A stretch of DNA of 64,000 nucleotides from Pseudomonadota bacterium. GTDB lineage: Bacteria; Pseudomonadota; Gammaproteobacteria; JAKAQQ01. Shown piece by piece: positions 40,172 to 48,914 of this stretch; the first letter of the stretch is position 1, and each line of letters starts with the position of its first letter. Position numbers and translations under genes: made by a program. The stretch lies in contig DAHVLZ010000009.1 of NCBI GenBank assembly GCA_027320085.1, forward strand, positions 265,017-329,016, given 5' to 3'. The notes under the pieces were generated by a model. The model saw only the letters and a list, made by a program, of their open reading frames with translations. It did not search any database and was not told the origin of the DNA.

Positions 40172-41611
40172 ATGCTGGATATGCGCCGAACCATTGCTGC
40201 GTCACAAACTCTAGACAGGGATGCGGTCGGGTTCTGGCAACTGACCTACCAGTCTATCTCGCTGATTGCTCCGGCTGGCGCGATGGCAGCAACCTTAACC
40301 GGTGCCGCCGTCTATGCGCGGGGCGCTCTGCCCTTGGCCATGCTGGCCGGCGTCATCACGGCGGGCCTCATGATCAATACCACTCTCCAGTTTGCAAAAT
40401 CGATTGCCTCAGCGGGCGGGTTTTATAGCTATATTGCCCACGGACTGGGAAGCCGATGGGCAGTTTACGGGGCCTTCCTATTTCTCATTTCCTACTTCAA
40501 CATCTTGACCAATGCCACTATTTTCGTTGGTGGGGTTTTCCTCCCTGGTACCCTCCACCATTTCTTGGGCATTGCTTCCCCGGGGTGGCTTTGGTGGCCG
40601 GTTACTCTCCTATTTTATGGGGTGGTTCTCCTGCTGGCACTCAAGGGGATCCGCCCTTCACTGCGTTATGCAGTCTGGACCGGGACTGCCGAAATTGTTG
40701 TTCTTCTCGTCCTGTCGATCCTGCTGATCATCCAATCTCCGAATCCTGTGACTTGGGAAGTGCTGAACCCGTTCTGGGCCAAGGGTGGCTTGAGCGGCTT
40801 CGGACATGGGGTCCTGATCGCCATGTTCGCCGTTTCCGGATCCTCGGCAGCAGTCGCATTGGGCGAGGAAACACGATCTCCCCAAAAGCGCATCCGCGGA
40901 GCTGTGATCGCAGCTTTTTTCTTCTCGTCCGTATTGTTCCTGCTCATGGCTTATGCTTTGACGGTAGCCTGGGGTTATACCCGAATGGGCAGTTTTGCCC
41001 AGTCGCTTGTTCCTGGAGCAATCCTTGTCCAGGAGGTGCTGCATTCGCCCGTCTTGGCCTGGCTTATCCTTCTGTTGATCGCAAACTCGATGCTCGCGGG
41101 CAGTCTAGCGCCGCTGCTCAGTTGCGCACGGATGATCTTTGCTCTTGGCCGTGATGGGGTCGTTTTTCCGGAACGGTTGGGACAAACCGATGCACGGCGC
41201 AATCCGTCACAGGCCCTGATTGTGACCACGCTCGCTGCCGCTGCTCTTTCCTTGTGTACCGGATTCTGGCTGGGCCCATTTCATGGCTACATCTTGCTCA
41301 TCACCTTGAGCAGCCTGGGACTCTTCTTGGGTCATATCCTGGCCAACTGTGCACTCGGACCATTCGCTCGCAGGACAGGACATAGCCACTGGCTCCTTCA
41401 CTGGGTGATTCCGGCAATGGCCTCACTGCTCATTGCCGCTGCCATGGTCCTGACGCTGGTTCCCATTTCAGCCCGAATTGCGCTGGCCCCTCTTTTTATT
41501 CTTCTCACTCTCGGCATCGTCTGGTTGCGTTTACGCCGAGCATCACCGGAGAAAATTGCTGCAGCCGGTCGCCTCAATGTGATCGACGAAATTTCCTCTC
41601 CCACGCTTTAA
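40172..41611 (+). CDS. APC-superfamily permease
   Basis: A 479-aa protein with about 12 TM helices. Confidence 0.7.
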   Translation: MLDMRRTIAASQTLDRDAVGFWQLTYQSISLIAPAGAMAATLTGAAVYARGALPLAMLAGVITAGLMINTTLQFAKSIASAGGFYSYIAHGLGSRWAVYGAFLFLISYFNILTNATIFVGGVFLPGTLHHFLGIASPGWLWWPVTLLFYGVVLLLALKGIRPSLRYAVWTGTAEIVVLLVLSILLIIQSPNPVTWEVLNPFWAKGGLSGFGHGVLIAMFAVSGSSAAVALGEETRSPQKRIRGAVIAAFFFSSVLFLLMAYALTVAWGYTRMGSFAQSLVPGAILVQEVLHSPVLAWLILLLIANSMLAGSLAPLLSCARMIFALGRDGVVFPERLGQTDARRNPSQALIVTTLAAAALSLCTGFWLGPFHGYILLITLSSLGLFLGHILANCALGPFARRTGHSHWLLHWVIPAMASLLIAAAMVLTLVPISARIALAPLFILLTLGIVWLRLRRASPEKIAAAGRLNVIDEISSPTL

Positions 41612-41742
41612 ATCCAAACCCCATCAGAAACAACCCCACGACCGGGCGCATACACCCCCCCCTCCGCCCTTGACCCGGGTCTAACCGCCCACCAAAAAAC
41701 GGGGCAATTACACAAAGCGGCTTGAACAGTATGGGCAGCCGT

Positions 41743-42228
41743 TCAGTTCAGCGGTTGAACGCGGACGGTACCGTCCGGAGAATAGAGAACCTGGACCCGT
41801 TCACCACTGGTCCAAGTGGTATGACCCTGTTGCTGAACAACCGCCATCAGGCGCCCGCTGTCCAGACGAACCGTCAGCTGTACACCCGGCACTTTTCCGG
41901 TCGAATGACCAATGGCGTTTCCCGCAAGGGCACCGAGTACCACCCCGCCGACCGTGGCCAACGCCGCCCCGCGTCCACCACCAATCGCACTGCCCGCAAT
42001 CCCGCCAGCCACTCCACCAACCACGGTTCCAATCTGGCCATTCGTGATCTGTCCTTGTGCTTGTCCTCCTGAAATGGTGACAAAACGGACTGCCACTAGG
42101 GTACCCAAGCGTACGCGCTGAATCGTCCGCGCCTCACCCCGGTAATAGGAACTGCCTCCCAAATTACTAGCACATCCAGCGAGCAAAACAGCTGCCACTA
42201 AAGCAGGGAAAAACAATAACTTGCGCAT
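41743..42228 (-). CDS. Glycine-zipper outer-membrane lipoprotein (SlyB/PCP-like)
   Basis: The lipobox is LLAGC. A Gly-zipper segment follows (GTVVGGVAGGIAGSAIGGGRGAALATVGGVVLGALAGNAIG). The start is the MRKLLFF Met. Confidence 0.65.
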   Translation of the reverse strand: MRKLLFFPALVAAVLLAGCASNLGGSSYYRGEARTIQRVRLGTLVAVRFVTISGGQAQGQITNGQIGTVVGGVAGGIAGSAIGGGRGAALATVGGVVLGALAGNAIGHSTGKVPGVQLTVRLDSGRLMAVVQQQGHTTWTSGERVQVLYSPDGTVRVQPLN

Positions 42229-42346
42229 CAAGAAGCCCTCGATTTCCACGGGTGCAAGACTTGGATCATGATAGCATGTTCTCCTCGATCTACACCCGTA
42301 GAACGGTCCAGTTGCGCTCCGGTTGACCAGTGGCTCGGATCTCTCG

Positions 42347-45145
42347 CTAATGTCCTTTGCCACTTTCGTAGGCTGACAACGGGGCCTTGCGTCGCGCGGC
42401 GTACCGCTTGAGGTAGGCCATAACCATCTCATAAGATCTCAAGCCCTTGCTCGCGACCCATTCCTGCCTCATTTGCTCCGGACCCGAAACCTTGAGCAGG
42501 GTGGTTGGCGAATAGGATTGCCATGGATTAGGGGCCGGATCTGCGCCTGTCCCGGAGTGCCGTACCTGTCGTGCCCGATACCAAGCTTTCCAGTTAGGTG
42601 GCAAATTATGACCATTGACTCCAGCTTCCCGTCGCATCAGCGTGTAATGGCTGCAAGCTCCGGCGTTGAAAGCCAGTTGGACCTGCATCGGCAGAACCGG
42701 GGTCGGCGCGAAGTCCGGATGGCGGGTCCACAGGCCGGAGAAAACGCGGGCATTCTGATCCCATTGCGATAGGGCCGGAAGATCAAAAATCGCCTCCACG
42801 GTTTTTAGGATATTGACCTGCGAGTAAAGATGTGTTTCCAGGTGATTTCTTTTGACCCAAGGCCCGACCGCAAGAGCCAGTGTGCGATGGGCATTGATGT
42901 GATCTGCGCCTGACTGGGCATCGTCCTCAGTCACAAATACAACCATGTGTCTCCACTGAGGCGTGGTCGACAGGTAATGAATGAAACGGGCAGTTGCATG
43001 GTCGTTGTTGGCAACGTAGTAATCCGGCGTGTAATAACAAGGTGAACGGCCGGCTGTATGGTCATCCGGTAGCCAAATATAGATAAAATGCGGGAAACGG
43101 GAGCCGGGATGAGCTTTGAGCCAATCCACTGACCGTCGCACTCGGTAGGTATCGAGAAGCATGCGGTCCCATCCTGGTACTTGTATGGCCAAGTGCTTCC
43201 TCATCGCTGCGGAAATGTTGCCTGCCTCAGATCGGGAGACAAACTCGCCAAAGTCCTCGAATGACACCCGATGGGCGAGAAGATCGTTGAAAAGAAACAG
43301 ACGGCCTGGATAACTGATCCAGGGATTGGACCAAACACCCAGTGCCGAAAGGTTTTCATAGATCGCGTACGGATTGTCCACCCCGAGGGGCATTCCGCCT
43401 GTCCCAGTGGCCCCGCCCGGAATCAGGGACTGCGTCCATCCGGGATTGGCAACCAGTCCCCGGCCCGAATAGTACTCCGGCCAAGTCCGCTGCACGAAAT
43501 CGGAATCAGACGCGGCAGTTGTCCATTGGTGACCTTGCGCAGTCACTTCCCCATCCGCCATGAAATTCACGAACAGTGTCCCTCGATGCGCGAGGTTGTA
43601 AAGATTGGGAAGCTCACGCGCCCCATAGAGGTCTAGGTGGGGGTCGGCCCAATGCCCGGCCGGGCGGTAATCGCCCAGATCCTCGTCGAAAGTTTTATTT
43701 TCCCTCAGAATAAAAACCACATACCGGATATGCCGGCGCAACCAGTGGGCGGTTTGCTGATTAGCCTGATGGCGAGTTGTTCGCTGCAGCCTCGCAAAGC
43801 CATCATTCCGAAGGACGTCACGGGTCCATCGGGACCCGTGACGTGAGAGCGTGGCAAGGTCAATCTTCTGTACGAGCCCACCCATCATGTCACCCACCCA
43901 TTGGTGCTCGACATTGGGTCCGGAACCCAAGCCCTTAGCGGAGGCAATGTACAACGTTCCTTTCCGGACCGCCAGCGAAGTTGGATACCACCCGGTCGGA
44001 ATCAGTTCTTGTCGCTTTCCAGTTTTGAGGGAGAACACGGCAACGTCGTTGTTACCGGCATTCGCTACGAAAATCCGGTCTCTTGCCACAGCCAAGGCAT
44101 CAGGATAGCTACCAGGGGCTGAGTCTAGATATGGGCTGTCATCCAGCACGTCCATCTCCCTGAGAGAAAGGACATTTACACGGGCTACTTGGTCCACGTT
44201 CGATAGGGCAACCAGTACATCAGGGGTTCCTGGAATGGTGGCCAGGGCAGTTGGATGAATCCCGGCACGAGTGTTCCCCGGACCCGTGGACGGCCCAAGC
44301 CGTATGGTCCCTGCGAGTCTCAGATTTCGGGGTTTCACTATCGCCACCCGGTCACTCCCCCAGAGACTCACGACGAGCCGCCGTCCTTCATCGGCAAAAG
44401 TCAGGGCGAATGGATACGGGCCTACATTGAGGTAGCGCACATGACCGTTCTTGAGGTCGATACGCGCGAGACTATTCGCCAAAAGACCACTCACGAAGAG
44501 ATGAAGACCACGCGGGCCTGCTGCAATCGCATCGGGGTAGAACAGACGATGCGAGATAGCGTGATGTCCAGCGTAATGGTAAGGGTACTGGCGGCTGGGA
44601 AAAGCTTGCCATGCCAGGGGATAGCGCCGGAGAACTACGACGTGCCCACCGCGCCGGACCAAGGCCAATACATCGTCACTGACTCCCCCTGCCACAAAGA
44701 GTCTCCTCCCATGCACACTGACAGCCATGCCCTGAAAAAAACTTTGGTGCCCAACCGCTGTCTTGTCGCCTCTCGTGCCCCTCCTCATACGATGTGACGG
44801 TCCCTTGGTTGCCACGAGTTGGGTCATCTCCTTCAACGACTCGGCGGAGTAGAGAGTGACATCTTGGACGCGGGTAGCACCGTTATTGAGAACAGCCACG
44901 TCAGGTCCCCAAGACAGGAGAGCCGTGACAAAGTTCTGCGTTCCCTGGATACGGCCCCGAGGAGAAACTATGCGCCCGGTCGGCAGTACATGTGAGAAGC
45001 GGGCAGCATTGGCTTCTCCTACCACAACCGGTCCGATCACATTCTTGCTGTTGGGTACGGGCGCCGCGAGGGCCTGAAACGACAGGACAGTGGCGGCAGC
45101 AGCCCCACACAAGGCAAGGATCCTCGGGGATCTCAAAAATTTCAT
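42347..45145 (-). CDS. Secreted fusion: N-terminal beta-propeller domain + C-terminal phosphoesterase (PLC/AcpA family)
   Basis: A signal peptide MKFLRSPRILALCGAAAATVLSFQALA is present. The N-terminal half is a beta-propeller, and the C-terminal half carries the phosphoesterase-family motifs (YVVFILRENKTFDEDLGDY ... VVFVTEDDAQSGADHINAHRT). Confidence 0.7.
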   Translation of the reverse strand: MKFLRSPRILALCGAAAATVLSFQALAAPVPNSKNVIGPVVVGEANAARFSHVLPTGRIVSPRGRIQGTQNFVTALLSWGPDVAVLNNGATRVQDVTLYSAESLKEMTQLVATKGPSHRMRRGTRGDKTAVGHQSFFQGMAVSVHGRRLFVAGGVSDDVLALVRRGGHVVVLRRYPLAWQAFPSRQYPYHYAGHHAISHRLFYPDAIAAGPRGLHLFVSGLLANSLARIDLKNGHVRYLNVGPYPFALTFADEGRRLVVSLWGSDRVAIVKPRNLRLAGTIRLGPSTGPGNTRAGIHPTALATIPGTPDVLVALSNVDQVARVNVLSLREMDVLDDSPYLDSAPGSYPDALAVARDRIFVANAGNNDVAVFSLKTGKRQELIPTGWYPTSLAVRKGTLYIASAKGLGSGPNVEHQWVGDMMGGLVQKIDLATLSRHGSRWTRDVLRNDGFARLQRTTRHQANQQTAHWLRRHIRYVVFILRENKTFDEDLGDYRPAGHWADPHLDLYGARELPNLYNLAHRGTLFVNFMADGEVTAQGHQWTTAASDSDFVQRTWPEYYSGRGLVANPGWTQSLIPGGATGTGGMPLGVDNPYAIYENLSALGVWSNPWISYPGRLFLFNDLLAHRVSFEDFGEFVSRSEAGNISAAMRKHLAIQVPGWDRMLLDTYRVRRSVDWLKAHPGSRFPHFIYIWLPDDHTAGRSPCYYTPDYYVANNDHATARFIHYLSTTPQWRHMVVFVTEDDAQSGADHINAHRTLALAVGPWVKRNHLETHLYSQVNILKTVEAIFDLPALSQWDQNARVFSGLWTRHPDFAPTPVLPMQVQLAFNAGACSHYTLMRREAGVNGHNLPPNWKAWYRARQVRHSGTGADPAPNPWQSYSPTTLLKVSGPEQMRQEWVASKGLRSYEMVMAYLKRYAARRKAPLSAYESGKGH

Positions 45146-45330
45146 CTCACACTCCTTACAAATGGATGGATGGGATTAGGGGCTTGAGCCTTCTCAAGCA
45201 CCACAGCAGCAGATCAAGGGGCAGGGGCATCCTAGCATGCCTCCCAGCTCACACGTGCCTGCCATACCAAGGTCAACCTTCCCTAGTGGCATTGCCTGAT
45301 ATCCGGTAGTATTAGTGTCATAACACTGTC

Positions 45331-46737
45331 ATGTTTATTATTTATCATTGTCACACTTCGGCAACATATCTAAATTCAATGCCCTCATCTGTTTCAGATA
45401 AACCCTCTCAACCCCGAGGATCGGGATGGCGCATCTTTCTACTCCTTGCCGTTGCCGGAATTGCCACCATTCCGGCTGCCGTAGCCAAAGTAACAGCTAA
45501 ACATCACCCGCAGCATCGCCTTTCTCTTGGTAGTGCGGGTACGCTAACCGGTCGCTTCCGGGACTATGACTTCTCCCGTTGGTACGAGAACTCCGCTGCC
45601 CCAATCGATCAGCATGCCAACGGTCTGGCCGGCCTTTTCAATTTCCGTTCAAGGCGTTTTGGCGGTCACTGGCGCGGGTATGCCAGTTTCTATGTAGCGA
45701 CCGATCTTTTCGGAATCAACAACTCCCAGATGGATTATCGCGCCCTGGACACCACACTCTTCGGAACCCATACTCTGCAAAGTCTTGGTCAAGCCTACCT
45801 GACCTACCAGCAGGCAGGGTTTCAAATCGGTGGCGGTGCCTTCCCTCTCAACACGCCCTGGATGGGATCCTCGGATTCGCGGTTGATCCCGGCAACCTAC
45901 GAAGGATTTTTCGGACGATGGAACCCGGCACCAGGTTGGACCCTGGAGGCCATACGCGAGTTTCGCTGGAAGAGCCGAACGTCGTCGCGTTTCTCGGCCA
46001 CCAACCTCTATAATTCCGCCGGGGTTGCCGGGATCTACGGAGGTACACCGGACCCGACGGTCGGCGGTACCCGAAACCCGGGCACATTTGCTTTGGGATC
46101 CACTTGGGCCTGGAAGACCGTCCGGGCCGATCTCTGGTACTACGATTTCTACCACTTTGCTCAGATGGCCTACGGCAGCGGATCGCTCCACCTTTCCCTG
46201 CAAGGCACTGATTTTCTCATTATCGGGATACAGGGGCTCCGTGAGTGGAGCCAGAACTCCACCTCTCTCGGAGTCCCCGTGGCGAGCTCGGCTTACGGGG
46301 CGGAGGTCGGTCTGGGGTTCAGCGCCAGCCGTTTGATCCTGAGCTATGATCGGATCCCGCGCGCGGTGACCGGGTTTAGGAACGGAGGTGTCGTCTCACC
46401 CTACACTTCGGGATACGCGACTGACCCCCTCTACACCACCTCCATGACAGCCGGCCTCGTTGAGAAAGGTCCAGGACAGGCGCTTAAACTGGCTTGGATC
46501 CAGTTTTTTGAGCACTCCTTCCGGGTCATCCTGAGCGAAGCTGGCTACTGGACCACCCCGGCTTATCCCAACACACACGAGACTGATATCGACGTGACTT
46601 GGTTTGCAGGAGGTCCCTGGAGAGGCCTGTCAATCAGAAACCGCCTGGGTATCGTGACGGGCATCAACGGGCAATACGGAACTCCGGACCTCGGAACGTT
46701 TCTCTACGAGCGTCTCATGCTCCAGTACCGGTTTTGA
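45331..46737 (+). CDS. Outer-membrane beta-barrel porin (OprD- or OprO/P-like; family uncertain)
   Basis: It has a signal peptide, alternating amphipathic strands and a C-terminal aromatic residue (…LQYRF). Confidence 0.5.
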   Translation: MFIIYHCHTSATYLNSMPSSVSDKPSQPRGSGWRIFLLLAVAGIATIPAAVAKVTAKHHPQHRLSLGSAGTLTGRFRDYDFSRWYENSAAPIDQHANGLAGLFNFRSRRFGGHWRGYASFYVATDLFGINNSQMDYRALDTTLFGTHTLQSLGQAYLTYQQAGFQIGGGAFPLNTPWMGSSDSRLIPATYEGFFGRWNPAPGWTLEAIREFRWKSRTSSRFSATNLYNSAGVAGIYGGTPDPTVGGTRNPGTFALGSTWAWKTVRADLWYYDFYHFAQMAYGSGSLHLSLQGTDFLIIGIQGLREWSQNSTSLGVPVASSAYGAEVGLGFSASRLILSYDRIPRAVTGFRNGGVVSPYTSGYATDPLYTTSMTAGLVEKGPGQALKLAWIQFFEHSFRVILSEAGYWTTPAYPNTHETDIDVTWFAGGPWRGLSIRNRLGIVTGINGQYGTPDLGTFLYERLMLQYRF

Positions 46738-46863
46738 AGCCCTCATTTAATGTGCAAACGACCCCCGAATTGTTCGCCCCCTTAGTTTCGGGGCGCCGGG
46801 TCTCGGGCGACAGTTGCACACAGAGAGATTCGTGTCCTTCGCGGAAACACTCCCTCTTATGCC

Positions 46864-47493
46864 TCATGCGGCAGCACCGGCTTTGAACACGACGGAGCGG
46901 ATGGATTCGTGCGCATTCCGCATTGACTGTTCGCGCTGCTCCGGACTGATTGCAAGACCTTCCGCGCGAACGACCACAGGATCGCTGATGCCGATGAATG
47001 CGAGTACAGAGATTAGATAACGTTCCTGGAAATCCATAACTGCATACGGGCTCTCGCCCGCGTAGATCCCGCCGCGTGTCGAGACGATCACTACCTTTTT
47101 TTCAGCGACCAAGCCTTCAGGACCATTTTCCGTGTAACGGAACGTATATCCCGCTTGGACGACGCGATCGACCCATGCCTTGAGCTGCGTGGGCAAACCA
47201 AAGTTGTACATCGGCGCGCCGATCACCACGACATCCGAGTCTAGGAATTCCCTGAGGAGTTTTTCGGTGAGCGCCCGATCTCGGCGCTGCACCTGCGTCA
47301 TGACTTCGCTGACAGCGGTACGCGATGGGAGGCTCACAAGAGCCACATGGGGAAGTGAATCTGCCGCAAGGTCGCGATAGACGACCCGGATACCGGGTTC
47401 ACGGGTACGCCATTCCCGCACTAGGGACGCGGTGAGTAGGCGCGAGGCCGAAGCCTCCTGGGAGATACTCGAATCGATATGAAGCAGTTGCAA
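46864..47493 (-). CDS. azoR: FMN-dependent NADH-azoreductase
   Basis: MQLLHIDSS...YRDLAAD...AWVD is a flavodoxin-like AzoR/AcpD pattern. Confidence 0.8.
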   Translation of the reverse strand: MQLLHIDSSISQEASASRLLTASLVREWRTREPGIRVVYRDLAADSLPHVALVSLPSRTAVSEVMTQVQRRDRALTEKLLREFLDSDVVVIGAPMYNFGLPTQLKAWVDRVVQAGYTFRYTENGPEGLVAEKKVVIVSTRGGIYAGESPYAVMDFQERYLISVLAFIGISDPVVVRAEGLAISPEQREQSMRNAHESIRSVVFKAGAAA

Positions 47494-47575
47494 GTATTTC
47501 TCCCATCGGTTGTTTCTGGAGTTATAAAGCTACCCGACAGGACAGACTTGCACTAGACTGCTAAAATAGAAATAA

Positions 47576-48517
47576 TTGTTCTATATATGGAACAATTATA
47601 TGGATGATTTAAACGATTTTTTTTATTTTTCCCAAGTCGTCGACCAGGGAGGATTCGCATCGGCTGGCCGGGCGCTGGGTATCCCGAAATCCCGGCTGAG
47701 CCGACGCATTGCCGGACTGGAACAGCGGCTCGGTGCACGCTTGCTGCACCGCACGACACGCCGGCTGCATGTCACGGAGCTGGGTGAGCAATTCCTGCAA
47801 CATTGCCACGCAATGCTGGTTGAGGCACAGGCGGCCCGTTCCGTAATCGACGAAGCCCGGAGCGAACCCCGGGGCACATTGCGCGTGAGCTGCCCGCTGA
47901 GCATCGCCCAGCACATGTTGGCACCACTGTTGCCGCGTTTCCTGCTGACCTATCCGAAGGTCCGGTTATGGCTGGAGATCACAGGACGACGCGTTGACGT
48001 GATCCAGGATGGTTTTGACATCGCCATCCGCGTGCGCGCAACCCTGGAGGATTCCAGCCTTGCGATGCGCTCCTTCGGTAAACACAGCGCCATGTTGGTT
48101 GCGAGCCCAGAATTTCTCAATCAACATGGGCGGCCTCGCACAGTCGACGATCTCTCCCGGCTCGACAGCGTTGACCTGATACGCCAAGATGGAAGGCACG
48201 TGCTATCAATCACCGACCCAAAGGGCGCCATGCATCAGATAACGCTGCAGCCGCGGCTCGTCGTCGACGACATGACTGTACTGTATGAAACGGTACTAGG
48301 TGGCGCCGCCATGGCTGTGCTGCCGCTCTACATGTGCCAGGCGGCATTGCACGAGGGAAAACTCGAGACAATACCGACTGGCTGGAAGATGCCAATCTTC
48401 ACGCTGCACGCCGTCTTTCCCTCGCGTCGCGGCCTGCTGCCATCCGTGCGCGCATTCCTCGATTATCTCAGCCTCAACCTACCGGGCGAACCCGACGATA
48501 CGACCACACCACCATAA
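47576..48517 (+). CDS. LysR-family transcriptional regulator
   Basis: An N-terminal HTH (FFYFSQVVDQGGFASAGRALGIPKSRLSRRIAGLE) is followed by a LysR substrate-binding domain. Confidence 0.85.
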   Translation: MFYIWNNYMDDLNDFFYFSQVVDQGGFASAGRALGIPKSRLSRRIAGLEQRLGARLLHRTTRRLHVTELGEQFLQHCHAMLVEAQAARSVIDEARSEPRGTLRVSCPLSIAQHMLAPLLPRFLLTYPKVRLWLEITGRRVDVIQDGFDIAIRVRATLEDSSLAMRSFGKHSAMLVASPEFLNQHGRPRTVDDLSRLDSVDLIRQDGRHVLSITDPKGAMHQITLQPRLVVDDMTVLYETVLGGAAMAVLPLYMCQAALHEGKLETIPTGWKMPIFTLHAVFPSRRGLLPSVRAFLDYLSLNLPGEPDDTTTPP

Positions 48518-48914
48518 CGCTGCCTAATGCAGACGGCTAATCGAACGGGCGTTTGTTATACCTGATCCAGCTGCAACGGGCCTATTGATCGCGAAGCAGT
48601 GCACGGCTCCTTGAACGGATGTGCGATCCGGGTCGCACCGAAAATTTCCGCTCCTCGGGCACTGACCTGTTGACGCCACGCTCGGAGAAGCCGGAAGGAC
48701 CCTCTCTGGGACAGGGAATACAACCATCTGACGTTCCGGTATCATGCATTCGTCCCCAAGAGGCGAAAATTAACAAACTGCTCAGGCTGTTCTCTTCTCT
48801 CAAGTTAGGGAACTCGACGGGGCCTTTCTGTTCTAACTTTTCCAAACCCCCCTTAGTCGAGCGTGTCAGAAGACACTGGAGGGGTGCAAACAGTCCACTG
48901 TCAGGATTTTTCCC

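Noticed and set aside
48518-48914. Cobalamin riboswitch call upstream of the TonB receptor
   Set aside because: Only fragmentary resemblance is visible (ggtgcaaa, ccactg). I could not identify a complete B12 box by eye. It is kept as a low-interest finding rather than a feature.
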